64,000 bases of DNA from Promethearchaeota archaeon (lineage in GTDB: Archaea > Asgardarchaeota > Hermodarchaeia > Hermodarchaeales > Hermodarchaeaceae). The stretch is from assembly GCA_048939625.1 (NCBI GenBank), contig JBHLPH010000008.1, positions 23,212 to 87,211 of the forward strand, written 5' to 3'. A program made the translations under genes and the position numbers. Below are positions 37,370-47,072 of the stretch, piece after piece; positions within the stretch are counted from its first letter, which is position 1; every line of letters begins with the position of its first letter. Under the pieces are notes generated by a model. It was not told the origin of the DNA. It did no database searches and worked only from the letters and a program-made list of their open reading frames with translations.

Positions 37370-38578
37370 GTGAGTTCCAAAATGACTCGCGATCCAACAG
37401 CTTTTCTTAAAGATGAATATGAAGAACTAGTAAAACAAGCCTTAGACTGGAGGCTCCGTGAACTCCAAGGCCCTAGCTCCCCTCGAACCATGGTCGATGG
37501 GAAAGAAGTGATTATGCTCTGTAGCAACAACTATCTTGGGCTAAGTAACCATCCGAAACTCAAGCAAGCAGCTATTGATGCAATCAAAACACATGGAGTT
37601 GGAAGTGGAAGTGTACGACCAATCGCGGGCAACATGGATCTACACGAGGAACTTGAACGCCGCCTCGCCAAATTCAAAGGTGCCGAAGCTAGCCTCGTTT
37701 ATCAGACTGGCTTTGCTGCTAATGCGGGCCTCATCCCACAACTCGCTGGTAAAGGCGACCTCATAATTAGTGACGAGTTGAACCATGGATCCATCATTGA
37801 TGGTGTACGACTTACTCGGGCTGAACGGGCGATTTTCAAGCATGTTAATGTACCTGATCTTGGGCGAGTTCTTGAAGAAACAAAGAAGCACAAGCCCGCT
37901 TATCGGCGAATTCTAGTCATCACCGATGGTGTGTTCAGCATGGACGGGGACATCGCCCCCCTAGACCAAATCGTCAAAACTTGTAAACCTCACGGCGCTA
38001 TGGTTTATGTCGACGATGCTCACGGTGAAGCGGTACTTGGTGAAGGCGGCCGGGGAATCGTATCTCACTTCAATTTATCGCATAAAGATGTACATGTCGA
38101 AATGGGCACATTCAGCAAAGCCTTTGGGGTCGTTGGAGGCCATATCTCTGGAAGCGAGTACCTCCGCAAGTTCGCTTATAATAAATCTCGCACTTGGCTC
38201 CTCAGTGGGTCCCATCCTCCACCCGTTGCTGCTGCCTGTATCGCCGCAATTGATATTCTTGAAACAGAACCTAAACATGTCCAAAATCTATGGAAGAACC
38301 GTGAATATTTCATTAGATCAATGAATGACTTTGGCTTCAACACTGGTATGAGTGAAACCCCCATCATCCCCGTTATGATCGGAGAAAGTGATGCAGCTCA
38401 GAAATTCAGCGTTCGCCTTTTTGAAGAAGGTGTATTTGCCCTTCCCATTGTGTTTCCCATGGTTGCTCGTGGTAAAGCCAGAATCCGTGTCATCATGAAT
38501 TCAGCACTTTCAAAGGATGACTTGAATGGTGCAATCACAGCTTTCGAAAAAGTCGGTAAAGAACTCAACATCATCTAG
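37370..38578 (+). CDS. kbl: Glycine C-acetyltransferase (2-amino-3-ketobutyrate CoA ligase)
   Basis: SNNYLGL, SDELNHGSIIDG, DGVFSMDGD, DDAHG, GTFSKAFG, ARIR; tdh nearby. Confidence 0.88.
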   Translation: MSSKMTRDPTAFLKDEYEELVKQALDWRLRELQGPSSPRTMVDGKEVIMLCSNNYLGLSNHPKLKQAAIDAIKTHGVGSGSVRPIAGNMDLHEELERRLAKFKGAEASLVYQTGFAANAGLIPQLAGKGDLIISDELNHGSIIDGVRLTRAERAIFKHVNVPDLGRVLEETKKHKPAYRRILVITDGVFSMDGDIAPLDQIVKTCKPHGAMVYVDDAHGEAVLGEGGRGIVSHFNLSHKDVHVEMGTFSKAFGVVGGHISGSEYLRKFAYNKSRTWLLSGSHPPPVAAACIAAIDILETEPKHVQNLWKNREYFIRSMNDFGFNTGMSETPIIPVMIGESDAAQKFSVRLFEEGVFALPIVFPMVARGKARIRVIMNSALSKDDLNGAITAFEKVGKELNII

Positions 38579-38729
38579 GTCAGTGCATCTGAAACCAAGA
38601 ATTCCTATTTTCGCCAGAGCGTCTGGATGAAATGAGGGAACATTAAAAACGCATATTCGATTCAGTCTAGATAATCCGTTGTGGACAGCTTGTGTCCATG
38701 GTGGGACTCCTTTCAAGGTGGAATGAAAA

Positions 38730-39335
38730 GTGGCTGATTATCAAAAATACCATATTCAACGGGGTCATGTCATGCGTGTCCCTGATGATATGGCTAACGA
38801 TTTTGGTGATGGTGACTGTTATCTTATTGACACTGGTCCCGTCATTTACCTCTGGTGTGGCAGTAAAGCCACCGTGGACGAACGCTTCATTGGTGCCGTC
38901 ACTTCTGTATGGCGTGATCAAGAACGCAAAGGTGCAGCACGACTGGTAACTGTTGAAGCCCGAAGCGAACCTCCAGACTTTCTCGACCTCTTCGATGGTA
39001 AACTCAATATCACTGACCAAGACACCGAGGGCATCCTAAAAAAAGTCATTCTGGAAAAACATGAGTTCAAACTCTTCCGACTCAACATTGTCGGAGGCGT
39101 TCACCTATTCATTGAGGTTCCCCGCTCTAAAGAGAGTTTGAAATCCGATGATGTATACATACTCGACACCTTTGATCAAATCTACATTTGGCGAGGAAAT
39201 TCCTCAACCGGTCGTGAAAAGTTCCACGCCATGTTAATTGCACGACGATACGACTATGAAAGAGCAGGTGCACAAGATATTGTGCTTGTGGAAGAGGGTG
39301 AAGAAACCAAAGAATTTCTACAGGCACTAGAATGA
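38730..39335 (+). CDS. Two-domain gelsolin-like actin regulator
   Basis: Two repeats: GDCYLIDTG..IYLWCGS..E and DDVYILDT..IYIWRG..EK..EEGEETKEF. Confidence 0.9.
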   Translation: MADYQKYHIQRGHVMRVPDDMANDFGDGDCYLIDTGPVIYLWCGSKATVDERFIGAVTSVWRDQERKGAARLVTVEARSEPPDFLDLFDGKLNITDQDTEGILKKVILEKHEFKLFRLNIVGGVHLFIEVPRSKESLKSDDVYILDTFDQIYIWRGNSSTGREKFHAMLIARRYDYERAGAQDIVLVEEGEETKEFLQALE

Positions 39336-39440
39336 GAATTCATTACGTAACCCCCTAATATCCGCATAATTTTAGCGACTAGCGCTGAAACGAATCGATT
39401 GCAATTTTAGCTTATGCACTTAGATAAGGCCAGCCTAAAA

Positions 39441-39660
39441 TTATATTAAATTTAAATTAGATTATTTAGCATAATAAAAAAACATAATATGCGTATATAT
39501 GTTATAATAGTAAACTAATAGAAGCGTTTAGAATTTATTACAAATATTTGATTTTCTTGACTTTATAATGATAAGTACTACTATTAAATTAATATTATGT
39601 TAAGTACAATATAAATATATTATAAAACAACTAAAAATAATAGTAAAAAATTAATTCTTA
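39441..39660. other. Extremely AT-rich intergenic island
   Basis: 31 G+C in 220 nt by manual count (~14% GC); ATAATAGTAAA at 39504 and 39637; TAAGTAC at 39582 and 39601. Confidence 0.9.
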
Positions 39661-39767
39661 TCTGGGTTTGAACAATTGTTCTTCTAATAGTTGCAGGTAT
39701 TGCATATGGATTTTTATGGTGCCAATTTCTATTTTTCTTACCGGTGGATTACCGCTGGAGGGTTTAG

Positions 39768-40178
39768 ATGACCACACCGACAGATCAGCTTGAAGGATTT
39801 GTTGCTGACGTTCTGATTCCTCGGATTGACGAGGTAGTGAACGCTGTATCGAATGGTGTGGATAATGACCAACTTCGCGAACTGTTTTGTGAAAACATAT
39901 ACGACGGACTGAAGTTTTTCTATGAAAGGTGGACTCCTGTCTATCTTGCGATTCATGGCCAAAAGAAGACAAACCATACAAGTCGGACATTGGACAAATT
40001 ATTCCAAGATGTCACAAAGGCTCCAGGAAAAAAACTTCCAGAAACCTTAGTGAAAGCCTTGTGGTATCTGCTCTCCATTAGTCTTGAAGATATGGATACT
40101 GTTCCAGTCTTTCCAGATGAACTTACTTTTACTGAGTTACAGTCTGCAATTAAGAATGCTACACGTCGAATTTCCTAA
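39768..40178 (+). CDS. Hypothetical helical protein
   Basis: GGAGG SD, 136 aa, no recognised motif. Confidence 0.75.
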   Translation: MTTPTDQLEGFVADVLIPRIDEVVNAVSNGVDNDQLRELFCENIYDGLKFFYERWTPVYLAIHGQKKTNHTSRTLDKLFQDVTKAPGKKLPETLVKALWYLLSISLEDMDTVPVFPDELTFTELQSAIKNATRRIS

Positions 40179-40272
40179 AAGTATCATAATTTTGCTCGTT
40201 TTTACATTTAAAACACCAATACACTTTTTATACTAACCCAACCTCATCAACGGATAATTGGAGTAGATAACT

Positions 40273-41154
40273 GTGAGTTTCCTATCAACCAAAGAATGGA
40301 CCGAACCCCAGATGACTCGCATCCTCGTGCCAGTTCAAGGCTTCCCTGGCGAAGTGAACGGAATCCAATTTGCCCTTAGTCTCGCGGAGAATTCAAAAGC
40401 CAACATCTCCCTCTTACACTGTCGCGAAAGAATCCGCCGATCAAAACTTGCTGAGGTCAACCCTTTAATCAAGTATGCCAAAAGTCTGGCAAAGAAACTC
40501 AACATTTCCATTGATGAAGAAAAAGTCACACGTGTGCGTGCCTCCGATGCGATTCTAAAATCGAGTAAAGAAAAGGAATGTGATTTAATTGTTATGTCAG
40601 CTGCGCACACTCCTGTTCATAAGCACCTGTTAGGATCTACAGCTCGACGGGTTGCTAGGAAAAGCAACAAACCAATTATCATCGTTGCGTCGTGGCTTGA
40701 GGAAGTTACCAAGAATAAAAAGAGCAATTATGCGAAGATTTTGTTACCGATTCGCAGTACAAGCAAAGATCAGTCTGCCTTACGATTGGCTGCTGCAATA
40801 AAAAAGAGCTCAGCTGGCAAAGATGCAGAATTAATTGCACTGCATTTAACCCACTTTCCAGCCGTTATGAATTCAGCACCCTTGGGTTCCCCGGAAATTA
40901 AAGTGGAACGTGAACTATTCATGGATGACATATCAATCTTCTGTGAGCAGACGGGATTAACGCTTAATCCACAACATGTGGCGGCACAAAATATTGGTGA
41001 AGCCACGATTGAATTTGCTGAAAAGGAAAAAATCGATCTCATCGTATTGGGTGCTCATCGTAAACCTGGAAGAATTGGTGGATTTCTTGGTTCAGTTTCA
41101 CAGCAAATTGCTGCAGGTTCTTTAGCCACGGTCGTCATCACTTTCCTTCCCTAA
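40273..41154 (+). CDS. Tandem universal stress protein
   Basis: Two USP repeats: ILVP..DLIVM..LLGSTA and ILLP..DLIVLG..FLGSVS. Confidence 0.92.
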   Translation: MSFLSTKEWTEPQMTRILVPVQGFPGEVNGIQFALSLAENSKANISLLHCRERIRRSKLAEVNPLIKYAKSLAKKLNISIDEEKVTRVRASDAILKSSKEKECDLIVMSAAHTPVHKHLLGSTARRVARKSNKPIIIVASWLEEVTKNKKSNYAKILLPIRSTSKDQSALRLAAAIKKSSAGKDAELIALHLTHFPAVMNSAPLGSPEIKVERELFMDDISIFCEQTGLTLNPQHVAAQNIGEATIEFAEKEKIDLIVLGAHRKPGRIGGFLGSVSQQIAAGSLATVVITFLP

Positions 41155-41182
41155 TAATCGCTAGCCTTCAAAGGATTGGTGA

Positions 41183-42091
41183 TTATTTCTCTGCCATTCT
41201 AATGAAATCTTCGACCTGCTGAGCCGTTGGGAGACCATCTCGTCCACCAGATGCAGTAATTTGCAGTGCAGCACAAGCCGCAGCACGTTTAGTTGCCTCT
41301 GCTAGGGGAAGGTGTTGGTGGTAATAATGAATGAAGCCGGCTGCAAAGGCATCACCTGCTCCAGTTGTATCCACAGTATTAACAATAAACGCTGGTGTGT
41401 GAATGGTTGAATTAGTAGTTGCTGTGTAGGATCCTTTTTGACCTAACGTGACAGTGAGTATTTCGAGGTCTCCTTCAAGTTCAGCTTGGACATTTTTAAG
41501 TGAAGGACTTTGGTTGAATATGCGTTCGAAAACAACTTGATTCATGAACACAATAGAAAACCGGCAAATCAATTCCCGAACTTCATCTATGGCTTGTTCA
41601 GTAAGTTCTTCACCAACATCAATTGCTGAACGGGTTCCAAGCTCGTGACAGACTGTTGCTATCTGTCTGGCTACTGGAATAGAAACACTTGCTGCATAAG
41701 TAATTTCAAGATCTTTCAAGAGCGCTTTTGTGATATCTTTTGGCGAAAGGCGAGCGTTTGCTCCTCGGTACCGGAGTTTCATGGTTTCCCCCCCTTCTCC
41801 GACCAGAATTATGACAAGTCCTGTTGGGTAAAATTCCTCAAGAATGACCCGAGAAATATCAACATGCTCACTTCGAAGAGTGTCAAGTGCTAATCGTCCT
41901 TCGGTGTCATCTCCGACATGTCCGAAAATCCCAACCGGTGAACCTAATCGGGCGAGGCTTGTGGCGAAGTTTGCAGCAGCTCCACCCGGAAATATCTTTA
42001 ATGTTTGAATGTTGATTTTCTCATCTGGAGCGGGAAGGCGGGGCAGTGTGCAAATCCAGTCCATATTGATGTTGCCTATCGCACAGATCAT
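41183..42091 (-). CDS. PfkB-family carbohydrate/nucleoside kinase
   Basis: PGGAAAN..LARLG, VDTTGAGDAFAAGF. Confidence 0.93.
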   Translation of the reverse strand: MICAIGNINMDWICTLPRLPAPDEKINIQTLKIFPGGAAANFATSLARLGSPVGIFGHVGDDTEGRLALDTLRSEHVDISRVILEEFYPTGLVIILVGEGGETMKLRYRGANARLSPKDITKALLKDLEITYAASVSIPVARQIATVCHELGTRSAIDVGEELTEQAIDEVRELICRFSIVFMNQVVFERIFNQSPSLKNVQAELEGDLEILTVTLGQKGSYTATTNSTIHTPAFIVNTVDTTGAGDAFAAGFIHYYHQHLPLAEATKRAAACAALQITASGGRDGLPTAQQVEDFIRMAEK

Positions 42092-42231
42092 CGTTGTACC
42101 CTTGCCTAATGCTGATGCTGCTCTTCGGTAATATGTCTTTATATCCTAAACTGAATCCCGACAGGCTTTAGTAGGATTCACCAACTACTCAAGCATTGAA
42201 GCCCATCGTTGTGGAGACTAAAAAGAACATA

Positions 42232-43209
42232 TTATGGGTTTTTTGTCTGACGCTTAATTTCCACTCGATCCATCCCTTTTCGACGTCGACGTGATTTTAC
42301 GGCGTCGATGTTCGCTAGCTTATCCTCGATAATCGGAATCAGCTTTTCATCGATTTCATATCCAATGCTGTTTCGATGTGTGTCCCGAGCGATTTTCATC
42401 GTCGTCCCCGTACCTAAAAATGGATCTACCACTGTATCCCCGATTACCGAAAACATCCGAATTAACCGATACGCAACTTCCTCGGGAAATGCGGCCACGC
42501 GTCGCGAAACCTGTGGGACATATTGTCTGGCTCCAGGAAGTTGCCATATTTGAGTAAACCAGGCGTTGCGCTCACTAATAGTATAATGGCTGGCGTATCG
42601 AATCAGATCTTTTGGAGGAAAAAGGCGTGGTTGTCCTTTTCGGAAAAGCAAGATGAATTCACAATCTTGGGTAACATAGGCATTAGGAGGAATGAATCCT
42701 GATCCTAGAAATGCATTCGAGCGGGTTGTAGGTTTCTTCCATAAAATGTATGGGAGTGTTGTAAACCCTAAGGCTTCGCAATGTTCAATGACTTTCACAT
42801 GGTTAGGATAGAGCTGAAAGTTATCCTCGATTTTTCGAAGTGCATCACCAATGTTGATACAAGCAATTCCTCCATCAACCAGAATCCGGAAGCATTCACT
42901 CCAAACCTGAGCGAGATAAACATGCATTGTCTGGAAATCCTGACAGCCCATCTTTTTAAACAACTCATCCCATAACTCAATCATCGGATAAGGGGGGGAC
43001 GTCACGATAAGGTGAACTGAATTATCAGCGATTTCACGCATGTGTCGGCTATCCCCAATGATAACATGATGGTTCGTTTCCGGGATTTCTAGGGTCCGAC
43101 CTTTCAGCATCTTCGCTAGTTGACGTTCGGGGTATGATGTAGATTTATTTTTCTTGTCTGGCTTCGTATCTTGTTTTTCTAACTCTGAATGCACAGTTCG
43201 ACCATCCAC
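42232..43209 (-). CDS. N4-C/N6-A DNA methyltransferase (beta order), solitary
   Basis: TSPPY precedes DPFLGTGTT; GYEID. Confidence 0.92.
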   Translation of the reverse strand: MDGRTVHSELEKQDTKPDKKNKSTSYPERQLAKMLKGRTLEIPETNHHVIIGDSRHMREIADNSVHLIVTSPPYPMIELWDELFKKMGCQDFQTMHVYLAQVWSECFRILVDGGIACINIGDALRKIEDNFQLYPNHVKVIEHCEALGFTTLPYILWKKPTTRSNAFLGSGFIPPNAYVTQDCEFILLFRKGQPRLFPPKDLIRYASHYTISERNAWFTQIWQLPGARQYVPQVSRRVAAFPEEVAYRLIRMFSVIGDTVVDPFLGTGTTMKIARDTHRNSIGYEIDEKLIPIIEDKLANIDAVKSRRRRKGMDRVEIKRQTKNP

Positions 43210-43269
43210 CTCTCCCTAACAGTCTTTAGGACTCTAAAGCCTTTGCCATAAATTCTTAGAAGGAGTGGA

Positions 43270-44013
43270 TTATATTGAAATCACTAATCGCACGGTATCT
43301 GACCCAGTGATTTCTAGCATTCCTTTATTTTCCATCTCCTTTAGAACACGTGTGGTAATGGCAGGGGGTGACTTAGCGACTTTCTTAACCTCAGAAACAG
43401 GGGCCTCTTTTTGGTGAATCAACATTGCCAGAATATCTAATTCAGGGGGTTCATGTGCCTCAGATAAAAGGTAGTCAGCAACAGGATTATCCTTTTGTAC
43501 CTGTTTGATTTGCTTCTTCGCGGTACTCAGCGCTTCCTTCTTTCTCGCCACTTCTTGATTCTTTCCCTCTTGAAGGCGACCAAGCTCTTTTTGTTTTTCA
43601 TCTAATAGATCCTGTTTAGATTCTAACGACGTTTTTCGTTTGAGAAGGTCTTCCTCTAGTATTTCAATCCGCCCTGTTTTCTCCATGAGGGTCGCTTTCA
43701 ATACTGCAATTTGCTGCTGTTGCTTATTTAACTCAGAATATAATCCTGCGATTTTAGCTTCCATAGCTGAACCAGATTCACGTAATTGGTTCAATTGTTC
43801 CTGACTATGGCTAATCAATTCTTGTTTTTCTTCTAGCCGCGATTTGGATAGACTAAATTCTCGCTCGATTCTGGTTAGGCTTTGCAACGTATTTGTTATC
43901 TCATTTGTGAGTGTAGACATTTGACTTTGGAAAGATTCGCTTAATGCTTTCATTCGGGCTTGATTCTGTTCCAGGGCTAGTTGAAATTGTTTTATCTCAG
44001 ACACGTTAATCAC
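43270..44013 (-). CDS. Long coiled-coil protein with C-terminal winged helix (paralog 2)
   Basis: About 175 aa heptad-rich region; YLLSE..PELDIL..VSEVKK..VLKEMENKGMLEI. Confidence 0.8.
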   Translation of the reverse strand: MINVSEIKQFQLALEQNQARMKALSESFQSQMSTLTNEITNTLQSLTRIEREFSLSKSRLEEKQELISHSQEQLNQLRESGSAMEAKIAGLYSELNKQQQQIAVLKATLMEKTGRIEILEEDLLKRKTSLESKQDLLDEKQKELGRLQEGKNQEVARKKEALSTAKKQIKQVQKDNPVADYLLSEAHEPPELDILAMLIHQKEAPVSEVKKVAKSPPAITTRVLKEMENKGMLEITGSDTVRLVISI

Positions 44014-44019
44014 CTTGAG

Positions 44020-44787
44020 CTACAAGTCAATCGGTTTGGACACCTTCACTTGGCCTGTTCCTTTGTCAAATTTGATGATTTTTCGTTGAGCCATCTGTTC
44101 AATTATTTCTCGTACCTTGAATCGTCCGATAAAGGTGGTTTTCTGTAAATGATCCAAAGTCGTGGCATCTTTCCCTTTCAATTCCATAGCCACCTTTGCT
44201 TCAGGCATTGCAATAATACCTTCATTTAACAAGTAGCGCAACGCCTTGTATCTCGCTTCCTGAGATTCAGCTTCATGTCGTGCTTCTTTAACCTGTGCAT
44301 CTAAACTTAGTAATTCTGCTTCAAGTTTATCATCTGAAGAACTGAGTTTCTCATCAACACTAACCATAATTCTCTCATGTTCTCGAAGGGCTCGATCGGT
44401 ATTCCGAATGTCATCTTCCAGCGATTCGAGCTTTGCTTCGGTTGTAGCTAATTCCCGTTGGAGTCTTTCACGCTCAGCTTTGGCTTCAACAATTACTTTT
44501 TGCTGTGCAGATGTCGTAGATTCTAACTTCCCACGTTCCTCACTTTCAGCAGATAATTCGCCTTCTAGTTCTGAGGCTTCACGACCGAGTTCCTCTTCTG
44601 TTGCTTGACGTTCATCCCAAGATTCTTGAAGTCGCTCAGCCATCTCTTGGAGTTGTGAAATCTGAGAAAGGATAACTGATAATTCACGTTGGGTAGTTGC
44701 GACTAGTTCTTCCACGATTGCATGATTCTTTTGCAGTGATCCAATTAGTGAAGCTATTCCTGTCATTACACACAACCTACTTCGCAT
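44020..44787 (-). CDS. Long coiled-coil protein with C-terminal winged helix (paralog 1)
   Basis: Acidic heptad-rich region; YLLNE..PEAKV..IIEQMAQRKIIKFD; probable start ATG 44766. Confidence 0.8.
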   Translation of the reverse strand: MRSRLCVMTGIASLIGSLQKNHAIVEELVATTQRELSVILSQISQLQEMAERLQESWDERQATEEELGREASELEGELSAESEERGKLESTTSAQQKVIVEAKAERERLQRELATTEAKLESLEDDIRNTDRALREHERIMVSVDEKLSSSDDKLEAELLSLDAQVKEARHEAESQEARYKALRYLLNEGIIAMPEAKVAMELKGKDATTLDHLQKTTFIGRFKVREIIEQMAQRKIIKFDKGTGQVKVSKPIDL

Positions 44788-45253
44788 ATTTTGTGTAGAA
44801 TTAGTTCGAATGCATTATCAAAACTCCATTCGTCTTGTATTCCCAAAAGGGTTTTGCTAACTGGTTTTGCATACTAAGGAAAGTAAAGGGGTCTTAAGAC
44901 TCAAATCCTCCCTGTATCTTGTATGCCTATAACATCTTTAGGCGCTAATATTGCGACCGAATATATTGCACACTTTAACACAAGCGCTCTACAGCAGCTC
45001 CCCGCCTTCTTTGTTGGAACACTCCAACATCCTTATAATAGCACCATAGAAAGTAGCACTTTCTTGGTTGATCAGGGCATACTCGAAAAAACTTTGATTT
45101 TGGTCCAAGTGAATGGTTGCTCTCCCATTATATCGCAACAAGATGACCTATGTTCTTTTTTTCCTTCGTGCTGATAACGCCGAATTGGAAATCGATGAAA
45201 TCCTTTCAAAATTCAGTAAACCATAATCCTTCCAACTCTTAGTGAGTTCCTCT

Positions 45254-45469
45254 TCACGTTCTTTTATGAATTCTGGAATAGACTTGTTTGTCTCCAATTT
45301 TTGAAAGAGATGGATGAACTAAGAAGACTTTGCCTTGATATCCAGCTGCCTTTATGGCACGCAATGTGAGACTTCCTAGTTTCCTTGGTTTATCTGAAGC
45401 CCCAATAATGGCAATGCTGGTAGGATTGAAGATTGCCTTGAGCGCATCCACTTTCCAGGAATGGACCAT
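45254..45469 (-). pseudogene. 5' fragment of ADP-forming acyl-CoA synthetase alpha subunit (CoA-binding domain)
   Basis: LKAIFNPTSIAIIGASDKPRKLG..GYQGKVFLVHP..IG..VY then a stop; no continuation seen in other frames. Confidence 0.8.
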
Positions 45470-45540
45470 GAGTTTCGCCTTAATGGGCACAGAGCCTTCG
45501 ATTCCCAAAAAGTTGCTGGTAAACTCGAAAAATATGCTTA

Positions 45541-46527
45541 TCACTTATCTGAAAGAAGCTGTTCGATCCCTTTCTTGGCAATAAAAATTTCAAACTTACC
45601 TTCTCGAACGTTTGATTCGGGAGTTCTACCTATAATCAATTGCCCATTGAACAGAGCCACATTCCTAATAGGAGGGCCTCCCTGCTCTAGATAGAGGTCA
45701 AAAAAGAAGGGTAGAAACGCGAGTTCACTATATTCCTCAAGTAGTTGAGCCACGGTTTGGCTCTCAAGTTGCAGAAAACTCGTGATGATTTGTCGGGCCG
45801 GAATAGGGCCCTCAACATTCTCAAAGGTATACGGAACCTTCCCAAGTTCCACAAATTCTTGAGCTTGGATCCTTCCCTCTGAATAAAGAATAATTCGGCC
45901 ATCTTCCAAGGTAAAAAATGAGGCTCGAACTTCTTTCTGAGTTGTCTCTAATTTTTCATTCGCAGGTTTCGATCTGAATAAGACTTCTTTGATGGCAAGT
46001 CGGATTTCCATTGGAGTACCCATTTCAGCTAACAACTCATTAGCTGATAGGGTCTGTTTTCCTTTGACCGTTTGACGATGTAAGATAAGTGGTTTATTGC
46101 GTGTTGAAATTCGAATTACAATAGTTCCAAAACGCCGTCGGATAATATCATCAACTGCTGAAAGATATGGCTGGACAGCCTTCACAAACATGCCAACATT
46201 TGCTTTCAAATTCTCCTTGTTAGGGAGGACGAGTTGATCATTTGTGATAATAAGATAACTATCCAAGATCTTCAAGTATTTTACATAGTATAAGCGCTTC
46301 CGGTAGGCAAATGCGCCTTCACGGTCCAGCAGTTTCGGATGAACTTTTACTGGTTCTGTGAAATCCACTTGGGTGCCCGCTTTGGTAGTAATCGTCAAGG
46401 CGCAATCACGATGTTTGATCGCGTATTCGTACGTTTTCGAAAAAACATAATTGACGGGGAAAATGGAGCGGGAAAGAATTTCTAAGCGATCGGAAATCAC
46501 GTGGTCAATGGTTTCAGCCATGGGCAT
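45541..46527 (-). CDS. Hypothetical protein
   Basis: 328-aa intact ORF, no recognised motif. Confidence 0.8.
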   Translation of the reverse strand: MPMAETIDHVISDRLEILSRSIFPVNYVFSKTYEYAIKHRDCALTITTKAGTQVDFTEPVKVHPKLLDREGAFAYRKRLYYVKYLKILDSYLIITNDQLVLPNKENLKANVGMFVKAVQPYLSAVDDIIRRRFGTIVIRISTRNKPLILHRQTVKGKQTLSANELLAEMGTPMEIRLAIKEVLFRSKPANEKLETTQKEVRASFFTLEDGRIILYSEGRIQAQEFVELGKVPYTFENVEGPIPARQIITSFLQLESQTVAQLLEEYSELAFLPFFFDLYLEQGGPPIRNVALFNGQLIIGRTPESNVREGKFEIFIAKKGIEQLLSDK

Positions 46528-46669
46528 TCCCCTACTGGATATCTATTCAGACTCTGCAACACAAGATTATAAGCTTCGTGTCTCAACTTCTGCACTCCTT
46601 TCAATTATGCGGCATTTAAAAAAGCGGTTCACCCGTAAGGTCTGTTATATTAAAAGGAGTGTCTCACGC

Positions 46670-46903
46670 GTGGTCAACCAGGTAATGGCAGGCAAAGAAA
46701 AGACTTGGATCCTTGGGATGGGAAATGCAGCCATTGCCCGGGGGGCTTTAGAAGGAAACGTCCAGGTGGCTACCTCTTACCCTGGCACTCCTGCTTCTGA
46801 GATTCTCCAAAATATTGCTGATGTTGCTCCTGATTGGAAACTGTATGTGGAATGGAGTACGAATTAGAAAGTAGCATTTGAAGTGGCACTTGCCGCAGCC
46901 TGG
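46670..46903 (+). pseudogene. iorA: 5' fragment of indolepyruvate:ferredoxin oxidoreductase alpha subunit
   Basis: GNAAIARGALE..SYPGTPASEI..VEWSTN*KVAFEVALAAAW; TAG at 46865 replaces the conserved Glu. Confidence 0.85.
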
Positions 46904-47072
46904 AGAGATACGAACCGCCAACACCGTTATGATTGGTGCCCTTGCAGGACTGCAAATTACCCCGATTTCAGATACTGCTTTTGAATCCACTCTCAAGTCA
47001 CTTTTTCCAATCAAATCGATTCAAGCTGTCAACAACAAAGCCTATCAGCTTGGAAAAAAGGCATTTAGCTAG
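46902..47072 (+). pseudogene. iorB: 3' fragment of indolepyruvate oxidoreductase beta subunit
   Basis: GEIRTANTVMIGAL..PIS..VNNKAYQLGKK, joined out of frame to the iorA fragment. Confidence 0.75.

Noticed and set aside
39441-39660. CRISPR leader or array
   Set aside because: AT-rich, but no regularly spaced repeats follow and no cas genes are present
44923-45226. 83-aa ORF extendable by a frameshift at a T7 run (45156-45162)
   Set aside because: Neither product has a recognisable family; lies in a decayed region; cannot support programmed frameshift or phase variation
46865-46867. In-frame TAG in iorA as pyrrolysine or readthrough
   Set aside because: It replaces a conserved Glu by one substitution, and the gene is deleted 12 codons later, so nonsense decay is simpler
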